64,000 nucleotides of DNA from Planctomycetia bacterium (GTDB lineage Bacteria; Planctomycetota; GCA-002687715): positions 13,975 through 77,974 of the forward strand of contig SXUL01000106.1 in the NCBI GenBank assembly GCA_005790545.1, in the 5' to 3' direction. Positions 1-9,159 of the stretch are shown one piece after another. The position numbers and the translations under genes are program-made. Positions within the stretch are counted from its first letter, which is position 1. Each line of letters opens with the position of its first letter. A model generated the notes under the pieces. It was not told the origin of the DNA, ran no database searches, and worked only from the letters and a program-made list of their open reading frames with translations.

Positions 1-342
1 ATGTTCGTCGCCGACCTGGCTCACTTTGCCGACGGCACGTCGATGAAGTACCGCACGCCAGACGGAGCGCGCGTGCTCATCACGCGCCGCGGCACCGCGG
101 AGGCTGATGCGTCCTTCAAGGCTCTCGGCAGCACCTGCCCCCACCTCGGTTGTCAGGTGCACTGGGAGCCGCAGCAACAGCGCTTCTTCTGCCCTTGTCA
201 CAACGGCGCCTTCAATCCTGAAGGCGTCGCCATCTCGGGCCCGCCGAAGGAAGCCGCGCAGACACTGCCGAGCTTCCCGCTGAAGGTTGACAAGGGGCTC
301 CTCTACATCGAAGTGCCCGCACCCGCAGGCGAGGAGGTCTGA
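1..342 (+). CDS. Rieske [2Fe-2S] iron-sulfur protein, C-terminal part (5' end cut by window edge)
   Basis: Translation shows the two Rieske cluster-binding boxes CPHLGC...CPCHNG. The stop TGA (340-342) is directly followed by the ATG of the cytochrome b gene, with a GGAGG SD just upstream. Confidence 0.85.
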   Translation: MFVADLAHFADGTSMKYRTPDGARVLITRRGTAEADASFKALGSTCPHLGCQVHWEPQQQRFFCPCHNGAFNPEGVAISGPPKEAAQTLPSFPLKVDKGLLYIEVPAPAGEEV

Positions 343-1392
343 ATGAGCGCCATCGGCACATGGTGGAAAGAACGCTGCCCGGTTCCTGCGGGGCAGTTGA
401 AGGAACTCACGAATGAACCGGTGCCGAATCACCTCCGGCATTGGTGGTTCTGCCTGGGCGGAACACCGGCCTACCTTTTCTTCGTGCAGATCGTGACGGG
501 CATCCTCCTCGCGGTCTACTACAGGCCCGGCCAAGCAGAAGCCTGGCAGTCGGTGCGCGAAATCACGGATGAAGTGGCCTTCGGCTGGTTCATCCGCAGC
601 GTGCACAAGTGGGGCGCGACCTTGATGATCGCATCGGTCATCCTGCACCAGATGCGCATCTACTTCACGGGTGCGTACAGAGCGCCGCGCGAGCTCAACT
701 GGATGGTGGGGATGCTGATCCTCATCTGTACGCTCATGACCGGCTTCACCGGTTACAGCCTCGTCTACGAGCAGCTCTCGTACTGGGGTGCCACCGTGGG
801 CGCGAACATCATGGACAACGTGCCCTTCGTCGGCGCGTTCATGAAGAACATGCTCCTCGGTGGCGAGGCCTACAACTCCCACACGCTTTCGCGCTTCTTC
901 ATCCTGCACGCGGCTGTGCTGCCGGTCGTGATGCTGCTCCTCCTCGTTGTGCACATCACACTCATCCGCCTGCATGGCGTCACGGAGTTCCAGTTCCCCT
1001 CGGACGCCAACAAGCCTTCGAAGACCTTCAACTTCTTCCCCGATCACATGCTCACCGAGCTGATGATCGGTCTCGTCCTGATGATCGTGCTCTCGGCGCT
1101 CGCGACCATCCTGCCGGCCACCATGGGCCCGCAGGCGGACCCGCTGACGACACCGGAGATCATCAAGCCGGAGTGGTTCTTCTACGTGGTGTTCCGCTGG
1201 TTGAAGCTGTTCTCCGGAACGGCGGCCGTGCTGAGCACCGGGTTCATCGTCTTTGTCATGTTCTTGTGGCCCTTCATTGACGGCTGGATCCGCCGCCGCA
1301 CCAAAGCCAGCGAGCTGAGCGTGTGGATCGGAATTCTTGCCGTTCTCGCCATCATCGGACTCACGGTTTGGGAAGCCGCGGTTGCTCACTGA
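343..1392 (+). CDS. cytochrome b (b6-like subunit of a bc-type complex)
   Basis: 349 aa, multiple TM helices and cytochrome b signature (WWFCLGG..., FFVQIVTGILLAVYY, heme-ligating His in helices). Adjacent to Rieske gene. Confidence 0.9.
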   Translation: MSAIGTWWKERCPVPAGQLKELTNEPVPNHLRHWWFCLGGTPAYLFFVQIVTGILLAVYYRPGQAEAWQSVREITDEVAFGWFIRSVHKWGATLMIASVILHQMRIYFTGAYRAPRELNWMVGMLILICTLMTGFTGYSLVYEQLSYWGATVGANIMDNVPFVGAFMKNMLLGGEAYNSHTLSRFFILHAAVLPVVMLLLLVVHITLIRLHGVTEFQFPSDANKPSKTFNFFPDHMLTELMIGLVLMIVLSALATILPATMGPQADPLTTPEIIKPEWFFYVVFRWLKLFSGTAAVLSTGFIVFVMFLWPFIDGWIRRRTKASELSVWIGILAVLAIIGLTVWEAAVAH

Positions 1393-1410
1393 AAACAGAG
1401 GATTCTCACC

Positions 1411-3000
1411 ATGACCATCACAACCAAGAAATCGATCATCGGGGTCCTCGGGTTCCTCTTCCTCCTCTCGCTCGTCTTCGTGCAGTGGCACGAAGTGACG
1501 CGCCGGGCGGAAGAGGCAGGGCTCACGGACACACTGGCCGTGATCCCGGATTCCAGCAAGGCCTGCTACGACTGCCACAAGCAGAAGACACCGGCCCTGG
1601 TGGATCACTGGCGCGGCAGCACACACGCCGAGAAGGGCGTTGGCTGCGTGGAATGCCACCAGGCTGAACGCGGTGACGCAGACGGCTTCGATCATGAAGG
1701 CGCCTTCATCGCCACCATCGTGACGCCACGCGACTGCTCGCGCTGCCACGTCACGGAAGGCGCGGAATTCGCCTCCAGCCACCACGCGGCCGGCGGCAAC
1801 ATCCTCGCCTCTCTCGACAACCGCCTCGCGGAAGTCGTCGAAGGTGCGCGCGCACCGTTCAACCCGCATGCGAAGTCACCCATTCCTGTCGGCACGCTGA
1901 CGCAGGTGAACGGCATGGCCAGCGTGCAACTCGGCTGCATGCAGTGCCACGGTTCGAAGGTGGCGCTGGCCACCACCGACGGCGGCACCGTCACCGTGGA
2001 CGACCTGAAGCCGGGCCCGGACGGCAAGCCCACCCTCACCGCGGCTCTCGCCAAGGTGCAGAAGGATCAACACGGACGCCCCGTGCTGCATTCGTCAGCC
2101 TGGCCGAACACCGGCATTGGTCGCCTCAATCTCGACGGCTCCAAGGGTTCTTGCGCGGCCTGTCACTCACGCCACGACTTCAGCCCGCGCCGCGCACGCC
2201 AGCCGGAAGCCTGCGGCAAGTGCCACATGGGCCCGGATCACCCGCAGAAGGAAATCTTCGAAGAATCGAAGCACGGCATCGCATTCCGCGATCGCATGAG
2301 CGAAATGAACCTGGACGCGAAGCACTGGGTACTCGGCGAGGACTACAGCGCCGCACCCACCTGCGCCACGTGCCACATGTCCGGCAACAAGAAGAATGGC
2401 GGCAAGGTGACCCACGACCCGGGCGAGCGCATCTCCTGGACGCTGCGTCCTCCGGTGAGCATTCCCATGGACACCGACGAGAAGCACGCCATCGTGAAGG
2501 AACTGGACCCCGAGAAACGCGCAGCCCTCGTCAAGGACAGCGCAGAAGCGAAACGCCGCCGCATGCAGGAGGTGTGCAGTCACTGTCACACGCCGGATTA
2601 CGTGAACGGCTTCTACAAACAATATGACGACCTCGTCATTCTCTACAACGAGAAGTACGCGAAGCCCGGCGCAGCCATCATCGCGGCGCTCAGGAAAGAG
2701 AACCTCCTCACCGCGCCCGAGTTCGACGAAAAAGTGGAGTGGACCTGGTACCTCCTCTGGCATCACGAAGGCCGCCGCGCGCGCCACGGTGCCAGCATGA
2801 TGGGGCCCGACTACACCCACTGGCACGGCATGTTCGAAGTGGCCGAGCGCTGGTACACGGAAATGATCCCTGAAGTGCGCGAACTCCTCGAGAAGGCGCG
2901 CCACTCAGGAAAGACAGAGGCCGCCGACCGTGTGGCGGCCATCGTGGACGGGATCATGTCCCGCCCCGAGCACCAGTGGGCCGGCCCGCAGAAGAACTGA
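1411..3000 (+). CDS. multiheme c-type cytochrome (8 CxxCH motifs) with N-terminal membrane anchor/signal
   Basis: CxxCH motifs in translation: CYDCH, CVECH, CSRCH, CMQCH, CAACH, CGKCH, CATCH, CSHCH. Hydrophobic N-terminus. GAGGA SD upstream. Follows Rieske-cytb in the same orientation. Confidence 0.85.
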   Translation: MTITTKKSIIGVLGFLFLLSLVFVQWHEVTRRAEEAGLTDTLAVIPDSSKACYDCHKQKTPALVDHWRGSTHAEKGVGCVECHQAERGDADGFDHEGAFIATIVTPRDCSRCHVTEGAEFASSHHAAGGNILASLDNRLAEVVEGARAPFNPHAKSPIPVGTLTQVNGMASVQLGCMQCHGSKVALATTDGGTVTVDDLKPGPDGKPTLTAALAKVQKDQHGRPVLHSSAWPNTGIGRLNLDGSKGSCAACHSRHDFSPRRARQPEACGKCHMGPDHPQKEIFEESKHGIAFRDRMSEMNLDAKHWVLGEDYSAAPTCATCHMSGNKKNGGKVTHDPGERISWTLRPPVSIPMDTDEKHAIVKELDPEKRAALVKDSAEAKRRRMQEVCSHCHTPDYVNGFYKQYDDLVILYNEKYAKPGAAIIAALRKENLLTAPEFDEKVEWTWYLLWHHEGRRARHGASMMGPDYTHWHGMFEVAERWYTEMIPEVRELLEKARHSGKTEAADRVAAIVDGIMSRPEHQWAGPQKN

Positions 3001-3019
3001 ACCTCTGCGCCGTGCCTCC

Positions 3020-3053
3020 CCGGGCTCCGCTGACTGACGTCGGCGGAGCCCGG
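3020..3053 (+). terminator. intrinsic-terminator-like hairpin after the Rieske/cytb/cytochrome c operon
   Basis: ccgggctccgc ... gcggagcccgg forms an 11-bp perfect stem, followed by cTTGTTTg. Confidence 0.35.
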
Positions 3054-3179
3054 CTTGTTTGAAGTGGCCGAGGCGTCGCGTGTGGCCGCGACATCAGACG
3101 TGGCATTCCGCGGCCAACGGCGCAAGCGCTCTATGGACTCTTGTCGCCCACCTCGAATCCACGTGATGGAGGAACCGCC

Positions 3180-3872
3180 ATGTTGCACAAACTCGCTGCC
3201 TTCGCCTTGCTTCTCGCCACGCTCGCCGCGCAAGTTCCTGCTCCCGACTTCTCGGTGGAACTCACGCCGCTCACGCTCACCTCCTGCACGCCATCGTTCC
3301 ACGTGCAGGGACATCCCTTCGCGCCCGTACAGATCCTGATGACCTTGCAGGACCCATTCCTCACACCGCCATCCCAACTCTCCATTTTTCCCTTCCTGCA
3401 GATGCAGACGAACATGAACGGCGTCGGGCACCTGACGCTGCCGCCGCTCACCTGGCAGGGACCGCTGCCAGACGTGTGGTTTGGCGCATTGATCATGACG
3501 CCAGCCGGTTTCATCCTCCCGGAGGTTGTCAACATCGGCGGTGTCATCGGCTGCATCGGTTGCGGCAACCCCCTCGACACGCACTCTCACGCCTGGATCT
3601 ACGACCGGCTGGCAGAGGAATTGCACGTGCGCGTGTTCGGGAGTGACGGGCCCTATTCGGTCTGGGAAGTGCCCTGTCCGCCACCCGCCGTCGGCGCACC
3701 ATGGCTGGCCGGAGCGGGCAGCACCTACCTCGGCAGCACCACCGCTGCAGGTGGCAACTCCAACTGGGATGGCTCCGTGCCGCTGCCTCCCCCCGGTGGC
3801 ACCAAGTGCATCGTCATCCGCAGCAATGGACTCGCGGGCGTCGTCATCGGCGTGAAGACCATCACCAACTGA
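3180..3872 (+). CDS. hypothetical secreted protein (signal peptide MLHKLAAFALLLATLAAQ)
   Basis: ORF with a plausible N-terminal signal peptide starting at the ATG at 3180. No recognisable catalytic motif. Confidence 0.5.
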   Translation: MLHKLAAFALLLATLAAQVPAPDFSVELTPLTLTSCTPSFHVQGHPFAPVQILMTLQDPFLTPPSQLSIFPFLQMQTNMNGVGHLTLPPLTWQGPLPDVWFGALIMTPAGFILPEVVNIGGVIGCIGCGNPLDTHSHAWIYDRLAEELHVRVFGSDGPYSVWEVPCPPPAVGAPWLAGAGSTYLGSTTAAGGNSNWDGSVPLPPPGGTKCIVIRSNGLAGVVIGVKTITN

Positions 3873-4001
3873 GGCCTGGATGCCGCGCACCCCCGCGCAC
3901 CGTGACCAGCGTCGGACGCCGCTCGGGCCTCCGCACCTGCTCCGGTGCGCGCTCTTGTTGATAGGCTCGACGAGCAGCGAAGATCTGCTGCCTGCAACGC
4001 C

Positions 4002-4844
4002 ATGCCATTCTCCACCGATGACCACAGGCGCGACGCGCTCGGGATGAAGCACGTGTACCCCGTGCTCTCGCGACGCTCTGGCGGGCTCTCACTCGGCATC
4101 AATCTGAATCCCGACAAGGCCTGCAACTGGCGCTGCATCTACTGTCAGGTGGAAGGCCTGCAGCGCGGGCACGCACCAGCCATCGATCTCGCGTTGCTTG
4201 AGGATGAACTCGCCCGCGTGCTCCGCTCCGTAGCCGAGGGCAGCCTCGCGCACCGTCTTGGCCTCGCAGAAGCGGTCGTGCGGGACTTCGCCATTTCAGG
4301 TGACGGTGAACCCACCAGTGCGGCGGAGTTCCCTGAAGTGGTGGAGCTCGTGGCGGAGCTGCGGCGCGCCGCGGGTCTGGAAAACAAGAGCGCCCTTGTT
4401 CTCATCACGAACGGCAGCTTCATCGGCCATGAACGCGTGCAACGCGGGCTCAAGATTCTCGCGCGCCACGGTGGTGAGGTCTGGTTCAAGCAGGACCGAG
4501 GCAGCGCTGCAGCACTGCGCGAGGTGAACTCCGTACCCCTCGATCCGGCGCAGCGACTCGAACTTCTCCGGACCGCAGCGAGCCTGTGCCCGACCCGCGT
4601 TCAGAGCGCTTGGTTCACGCTCGACGGACAGCTTCCTCTCGAAACAGAAGTGACCGCCTGGATCGACTGGCTGCGCGATGCCCTCGCGCACGGAGTGGAC
4701 CTCGCGGGAGTTCAGCTCTATGGCCTTGCGCGTCCTTCGCACCAGCCCGAAGCGCCGCGCCTCGGGCAGCCCACGCCGTCATGGCTGGAGGCCCTTGGTG
4801 ACCGTGTACGCGAGCTCGGGCTCGATGTGCGCGTGAATCCCTGA
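4002..4844 (+). CDS. radical SAM protein (CxxxCxxC cluster motif CNWRCIYC)
   Basis: CX3CX2C motif preceded by SRR..SLGINL, typical of a radical-SAM subfamily. Start could instead be 3945 or the MKHV Met. Specific function unknown. Confidence 0.7.
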   Translation: MPFSTDDHRRDALGMKHVYPVLSRRSGGLSLGINLNPDKACNWRCIYCQVEGLQRGHAPAIDLALLEDELARVLRSVAEGSLAHRLGLAEAVVRDFAISGDGEPTSAAEFPEVVELVAELRRAAGLENKSALVLITNGSFIGHERVQRGLKILARHGGEVWFKQDRGSAAALREVNSVPLDPAQRLELLRTAASLCPTRVQSAWFTLDGQLPLETEVTAWIDWLRDALAHGVDLAGVQLYGLARPSHQPEAPRLGQPTPSWLEALGDRVRELGLDVRVNP

Positions 4845-4897
4845 AGACCGGAGTGGCCTGGGGGTGTCGTCGGCGGACGGCCGCCGGCAAACACAGC

Positions 4898-4921
4898 GGG
4901 CCGCACCTTGCGATGCGGCCC
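4898..4921 (-). terminator. hairpin immediately 3' of tRNA-Asp (possible bidirectional terminator)
   Basis: gggccgca/tgcggccc is an 8-bp stem with an 8-nt loop. On the minus strand it is followed by a U-rich stretch (GCUGUGUUUG). Confidence 0.35.
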
Positions 4922-4930
4922 GGATGAGAG

Positions 4931-5004
4931 CGAGGACGACGGGACTTGAACCCGCAACCTTCGGCGTGACAAGCCGACGCGCTAACCAATTGCGCCACGT
5001 CCCC
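4931..5004 (-). tRNA. tRNA-Asp (anticodon GTC)
   Basis: Minus-strand sequence GGGGACGTGGCGCAATTGGTTAGCGCGTCGGCTTGTCACGCCGAAGGTTGCGGGTTCAAGTCCCGTCGTCCTCG folds as a cloverleaf. Anticodon loop is TTGTCAC (GUC). CCA is not encoded. Confidence 0.85.
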
Positions 5005-5587
5005 TCATGGAAACATGCGTGCGGAGATGACTCCGCAGCGGCGCGCAGTCTATGCACGTCTGCATGGCCCTTCAAGGACGCAGCGGCACCGCGTGCTTTC
5101 GCCGCGTGGATGCGGGGGCATGGGAAAAGAAGCGCCCTGGTGACCCCCTCCGGGTCCCCAGGGCTCTTCAGCTTCCAGCCGTCCTTCCAGGCTCGCGCGT
5201 GCAAGCACGCGCGCTCCTCCCTCGAAGAAACCCGTCCAGTTTCTTCCGCCTGATTCCGGGCCCGCCTTGGCGACCCGGTTGTTTCACGATTGCAAATCTG
5301 ACAGTCCGCTGAACCGATCCGTGCACCCTCGCGACGCGAGGGGCACCCACATGTTCGGACGCTCCCGCGCGAACTTGATGCGGCGCTTCACGATTCGTTG
5401 CGCGGCCTCAATGCGCGCGCAGACGCGGAGATTCGGAGCGGCCGCCTTGAGCAACATGGCCGGACATCTGCGGCGTCAAGATGACAGCGCGCGCCACTTC
5501 AGTCCGCGAGGGGTCCCGCGGGCGAGAGCCCTTCACAGAGCCACACCTGCACGCTTCATGCCGCACGCCGCGGTACGCTCTGCCACC

Positions 5588-6298
5588 ATGCTTCAAGCAC
5601 TCGTCACGAGACTGAAGAGCGCACGCCAAGAAGGCGTTTCCGCCCCGCTGCCGCGCATCGGCGTACTCATCGTGAGCGTGGTTCTCGCCACAAGCGCCTA
5701 CATCCTGCTCGCGGTCGCGGACGCACCTCCACACCAGCGCCACTTCCACTTCATCGATGAGCGAGGCGCCATCACGGTGCTCTCCGCGGTGTATCTGGCG
5801 ATGTCGGCCGCTTTCTCGATCGGCGCCTTCGTCGTCAATCTCCTGGTCCGGGACTCCAGTCGCTGGCTGTGGATCGCTCTTGCGTTGACCTTGGCCTTCC
5901 TCTCACTCGATGAGTTGATGCAGTTCCACGAACGCCTCGGTCGACGCCTCGGAGAGCAGGCCTCGTCAGGGCCCTTCAGGAACTGGAATGACCTGGTGGT
6001 CATCGCCTACGGCGTGGCCGCATTGCCCTTGGCAGCGGTGTTCCTTCCGAGTCTGCTGCGGTACCGGTTCGTGCTGGAGTTGTTTGCCGCCGCCGCACTC
6101 TGCTACGCCGTCCACACCACCATCGATTCAACCGTCGAGCCTTCGACAGACATGTCGGTCATTGCCGAAGAGTCCTGCAAACTGATGTGTGGCGCGTTCC
6201 TGCTGCTCAGCACCTTCGTCGGTTTCCTGGGCGCGCTAAGCCGCAATGGTCTCGGCTCGAGCTCGAGGTCCGCAACCACGGCTCCAGCGCGGCCCTGA
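5588..6298 (+). CDS. hypothetical integral membrane protein (~6 TM helices)
   Basis: Hydrophobic helices throughout. The long ORF from 5267 probably starts at the ATG at 5588 (MLQALVTRLK...). Confidence 0.5.
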   Translation: MLQALVTRLKSARQEGVSAPLPRIGVLIVSVVLATSAYILLAVADAPPHQRHFHFIDERGAITVLSAVYLAMSAAFSIGAFVVNLLVRDSSRWLWIALALTLAFLSLDELMQFHERLGRRLGEQASSGPFRNWNDLVVIAYGVAALPLAAVFLPSLLRYRFVLELFAAAALCYAVHTTIDSTVEPSTDMSVIAEESCKLMCGAFLLLSTFVGFLGALSRNGLGSSSRSATTAPARP

Positions 6299-6413
6299 AG
6301 CGCACAGCAGTTGCCATCGCTCGTCCCCCGGCACCGCGCGCGACAGCCCAACGAACGCGGCGCCCGCAGCATCGAGCCACGGGCGCCGCCAGGAACGCAG
6401 CACGATGACGCCG

Positions 6414-7457
6414 TCAGCGGATAAGCGTCATGTGCAGCACTGCGAAGGTGGGGTTGGCGCCGGACGCACCGAGGACCGCGTATTCGTCAGCTCGAATCAT
6501 CGTGCTCGTGCTGGCACCAAGAGTCAGCGAGCCCGGCTTGCCCCCATTCGAGCGGGTGCAGGAGAACTGGATCTGCTCCAGTGAAAGCACACCCTCGGCG
6601 CTGTCAAAAGATGCGGGTTGGAAACTGAGCGTGGCCTGCTCTGCGGGACCACTGCCCATGTTCAGCTCAACGCGACGTTCGGATTTCACAGCCGTGCGCA
6701 CCATGCCCGTGGCCACGCCGCGGAAGGACGCGTGACCTGTCAACTGGCGGAGTTGCTGAGTCAAGGCCTCGGGCAGGGCGGCGCCGCCCGACTCACCCTC
6801 CGGCAGAACCTCGATGATGTGGCAGGTAACGAGCACCTGCGCGAGCGGCCTGTCCATGTTCCGCAGGATGGCCGTCATCGCGGCAACGTTTTCCTGCGTG
6901 TCATACAGAGCGACCACACCACGCTCTTTCAAGAAGCTGACGCTCGATACGGTCGAACCATCGGACTGGCGGATGTGGCGCCGCAACCCATCGAGTGCAA
7001 CGATCACCTCCTTCTCTCCCAGGTAGCGCAACGCATACGCACTGCTGACGAAGGAACCGCTGGTGCGCTGCTCGCTGAGCGGTCGTTGATCGAGCAGCTT
7101 CAATCCCCCGAGAATCGCTGTGCCCATCTCGCGCGTGTCCTGGATGAGAATCGCTGCCTGAACCGCGGCCACATTGTCGACGAGGCTGACTCCGTCTGCA
7201 CGTCGGACAGCCAGCTTCCTGCCGTACAGACGCTGCACGGCTTCGAACAGGGCGGGAGGGTGAGAACGCTCGGCATGAAACACTTCGAGGACGAGCGCCG
7301 CGGCCTCCACGGGCACTCCGGCAGCAGCGCTGACACCCACAGCCTGCTGCGGCGCCATTCCTGCGGACTCGCTCGCGCGCCCCGTTTGAGCCGGGAGCAA
7401 GGCACCGAGCACCACCAACACCAAGAGACCTCCCGCGCACTTCGTGGTCATCTTCAT
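6414..7457 (-). CDS. secreted protein with secretin N-domain-like repeats but no secretin C-domain
   Basis: Signal peptide MKMTTKCAGGLLVLVVLGALLPAQ with GGAGG SD. Internal segment VVALYDTQENVAAMTAILRNMDRPLAQVLVTCHIIEV resembles the Secretin_N fold. Protein ends ~130 aa later without a beta-barrel secretin domain. Confidence 0.55.
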   Translation of the reverse strand: MKMTTKCAGGLLVLVVLGALLPAQTGRASESAGMAPQQAVGVSAAAGVPVEAAALVLEVFHAERSHPPALFEAVQRLYGRKLAVRRADGVSLVDNVAAVQAAILIQDTREMGTAILGGLKLLDQRPLSEQRTSGSFVSSAYALRYLGEKEVIVALDGLRRHIRQSDGSTVSSVSFLKERGVVALYDTQENVAAMTAILRNMDRPLAQVLVTCHIIEVLPEGESGGAALPEALTQQLRQLTGHASFRGVATGMVRTAVKSERRVELNMGSGPAEQATLSFQPASFDSAEGVLSLEQIQFSCTRSNGGKPGSLTLGASTSTMIRADEYAVLGASGANPTFAVLHMTLIR

Positions 7458-7872
7458 CCGAGGAACCTCCATGCGTGAACACACGCATTGTGCGCAACAG
7501 GTCACAGCAGTGAGGCTTCCAGGAAACGCCCTGCGCGCTCGGTTGGTGGCCTCTGCCGGATCATTGCGCAGGCCGCTGGACGGGACGATCCCGAGGCCAT
7601 TCCGCGCACTCGGCCACGCGTGTTCATCTCTGCACAAAAAGAGAATCCCCGGGCGCGCCCTTGCGCAGCCCGGGGATACTCGGCCGGACGTTTGCCGGTC
7701 AGTTACCGCCGGCGGATGTATCCGCCTTGGCGGGTGTTGTTCCTCCAGTGCGCGGGGCCTCCTGTTTGGGAGTCGCCGTCATGCGGCCGAAGATCGCGCG
7801 CTGGTGTTCGATGGTCACATCCACTTCCTTGTCCGCTGGTACTCGCCCGGAGTACTCGTTGAAGCCGCCGCC

Positions 7873-8904
7873 TCAACAGCCGGGGAAGCGGCTCGTGCTC
7901 AAGAGGATGCGCTTCTTCTTGTCCATCACCACGATTTGCGGACTCGTGGCATCGGGCAGGAAATCGTGGTATTCCTCGCCGCTCTTGCCGAAATACTTCA
8001 GGTTGTACGGCACCGTCAGCTTGTCGCCGGCGAGGGTGTACTGGAAGTCGATCTTGATAGGGCCACCCCATGCGAGGGCGGTTTCCTTGCCGGACGTGAC
8101 CGCGATGGCAGCCATGTTGCCCTGACGCACGCGCACGGTCTCGGTGCCATTGGCCACGATCCCGCCGCTGATGAGCCACTGACCCGCCGGCACCTTGAGC
8201 GCCTTCTTCGTTGCGGCAGCGTTGAAGGAGATGTCCCCCTTCTCGTTCGAGATCACCACGGCCTTGATGTCGCCGTTGCCCTCGAAGTCGCTGCGCACAT
8301 CCACCAAGCCCGACTCTCCGGCAAAGGCCGTGATGCTGGCATTGCTGCCATCCGCGTTGATTTCGAACGTGAAGAGCTCACCGCCGAGATTGACAACGCG
8401 CGAGAGGAAGCAAGCGGCATCGCCGCTGCCCACCACCATCGCGTCCACGCCGTAGTCGTTGTAGACACCGTTGTTGTTCTGGTCGATGATGGCGATGTTC
8501 GCACCCTTCGCCTTGCCGACCATGGCACCACCGGCGCTGTGCGACCAAGCCTCGCCCTTCTTCTGGAAGCGCACGCCGTAGACGAACGACTTTCCGTCGA
8601 CGGTCTTCGCCTTCAGCTTCATCTCGGCGCTGATGCCCTTGGCCTTCTCGTCCACCTTGCCATCGCCATTCACGTCCACGGCAAGCGCAGAACCTTGCAC
8701 CTCAGTGGCAAAGTTGGTGCCTGCTGCGTGGGTGATGTTGATGCCGTTGCTGATCGGGGTCCACGTCTCCTTGGGGAGCACGTAGGTCCACTTGTCGGGA
8801 ATCTTGTGCGTCAGCGTCACCTGCTCCGGCGCTTGTTCCTGCGCCGGCATCAGGCTGATCGCCAGGCTGCATGCAAGCCCGGAGAGCACGAGTCGGTTCA
8901 TCAT
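7873..8904 (-). CDS. hypothetical secreted protein (Lys-rich, Asp-rich DxNGDG-type loops)
   Basis: Signal peptide MMNRLVLSGLACSLAISLMPAQ. DVNGDGKVDE-like calcium-binding-type loops. Locally lower GC than surroundings. Confidence 0.55.
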   Translation of the reverse strand: MMNRLVLSGLACSLAISLMPAQEQAPEQVTLTHKIPDKWTYVLPKETWTPISNGINITHAAGTNFATEVQGSALAVDVNGDGKVDEKAKGISAEMKLKAKTVDGKSFVYGVRFQKKGEAWSHSAGGAMVGKAKGANIAIIDQNNNGVYNDYGVDAMVVGSGDAACFLSRVVNLGGELFTFEINADGSNASITAFAGESGLVDVRSDFEGNGDIKAVVISNEKGDISFNAAATKKALKVPAGQWLISGGIVANGTETVRVRQGNMAAIAVTSGKETALAWGGPIKIDFQYTLAGDKLTVPYNLKYFGKSGEEYHDFLPDATSPQIVVMDKKKRILLSTSRFPGC

Positions 8905-9159
8905 CGTCAGTTCCTCGGTGCGGTGCGTGGGTGATCACGCTTTCCGCACAGGTCAAAGGATATCCGACTGAACCACTTCTTGGCGAGAGCTGAAAGGCCA
9001 CAGTCTTTGCGGCATCACAGCGCACCCACCAAGGCGCGTCGCTGCTTGGAAGTCCATGAAACTGAGAGACTTGCGATGCTCATCCTCCACCGGCGGCTCC
9101 CTGGGCACCTGCTCCTGGCTCTGCCAAGAGCGCAGGGCTCTCCAGCAGCGACTCCGGAT

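Noticed and set aside
2811-4052. Long antisense or alternative-frame ORFs listed in the six-frame track. Examples: 2811-4052(-), 11006-12901(+), 13087-14397(+), 15302-16612(-), 16567-18483(-), 19418-20575(-), 21935-23500(+), 28523-29323(-), 34634-35659(-), 35563-36762(-), 39873-41654(-), 41999-43426(+), 43281-45014(+), 44899-46140(-), 47445-48407(-), 59175-61373(-), 61374-63383(-).
   Set aside because: In ~68% GC DNA stop codons are rare, so long open frames arise by chance. Each overlaps a gene on the other strand or frame that has strong, recognisable family motifs. Their translations are Arg/Ala/Gly/Pro-rich low-complexity, typical of GC noise.
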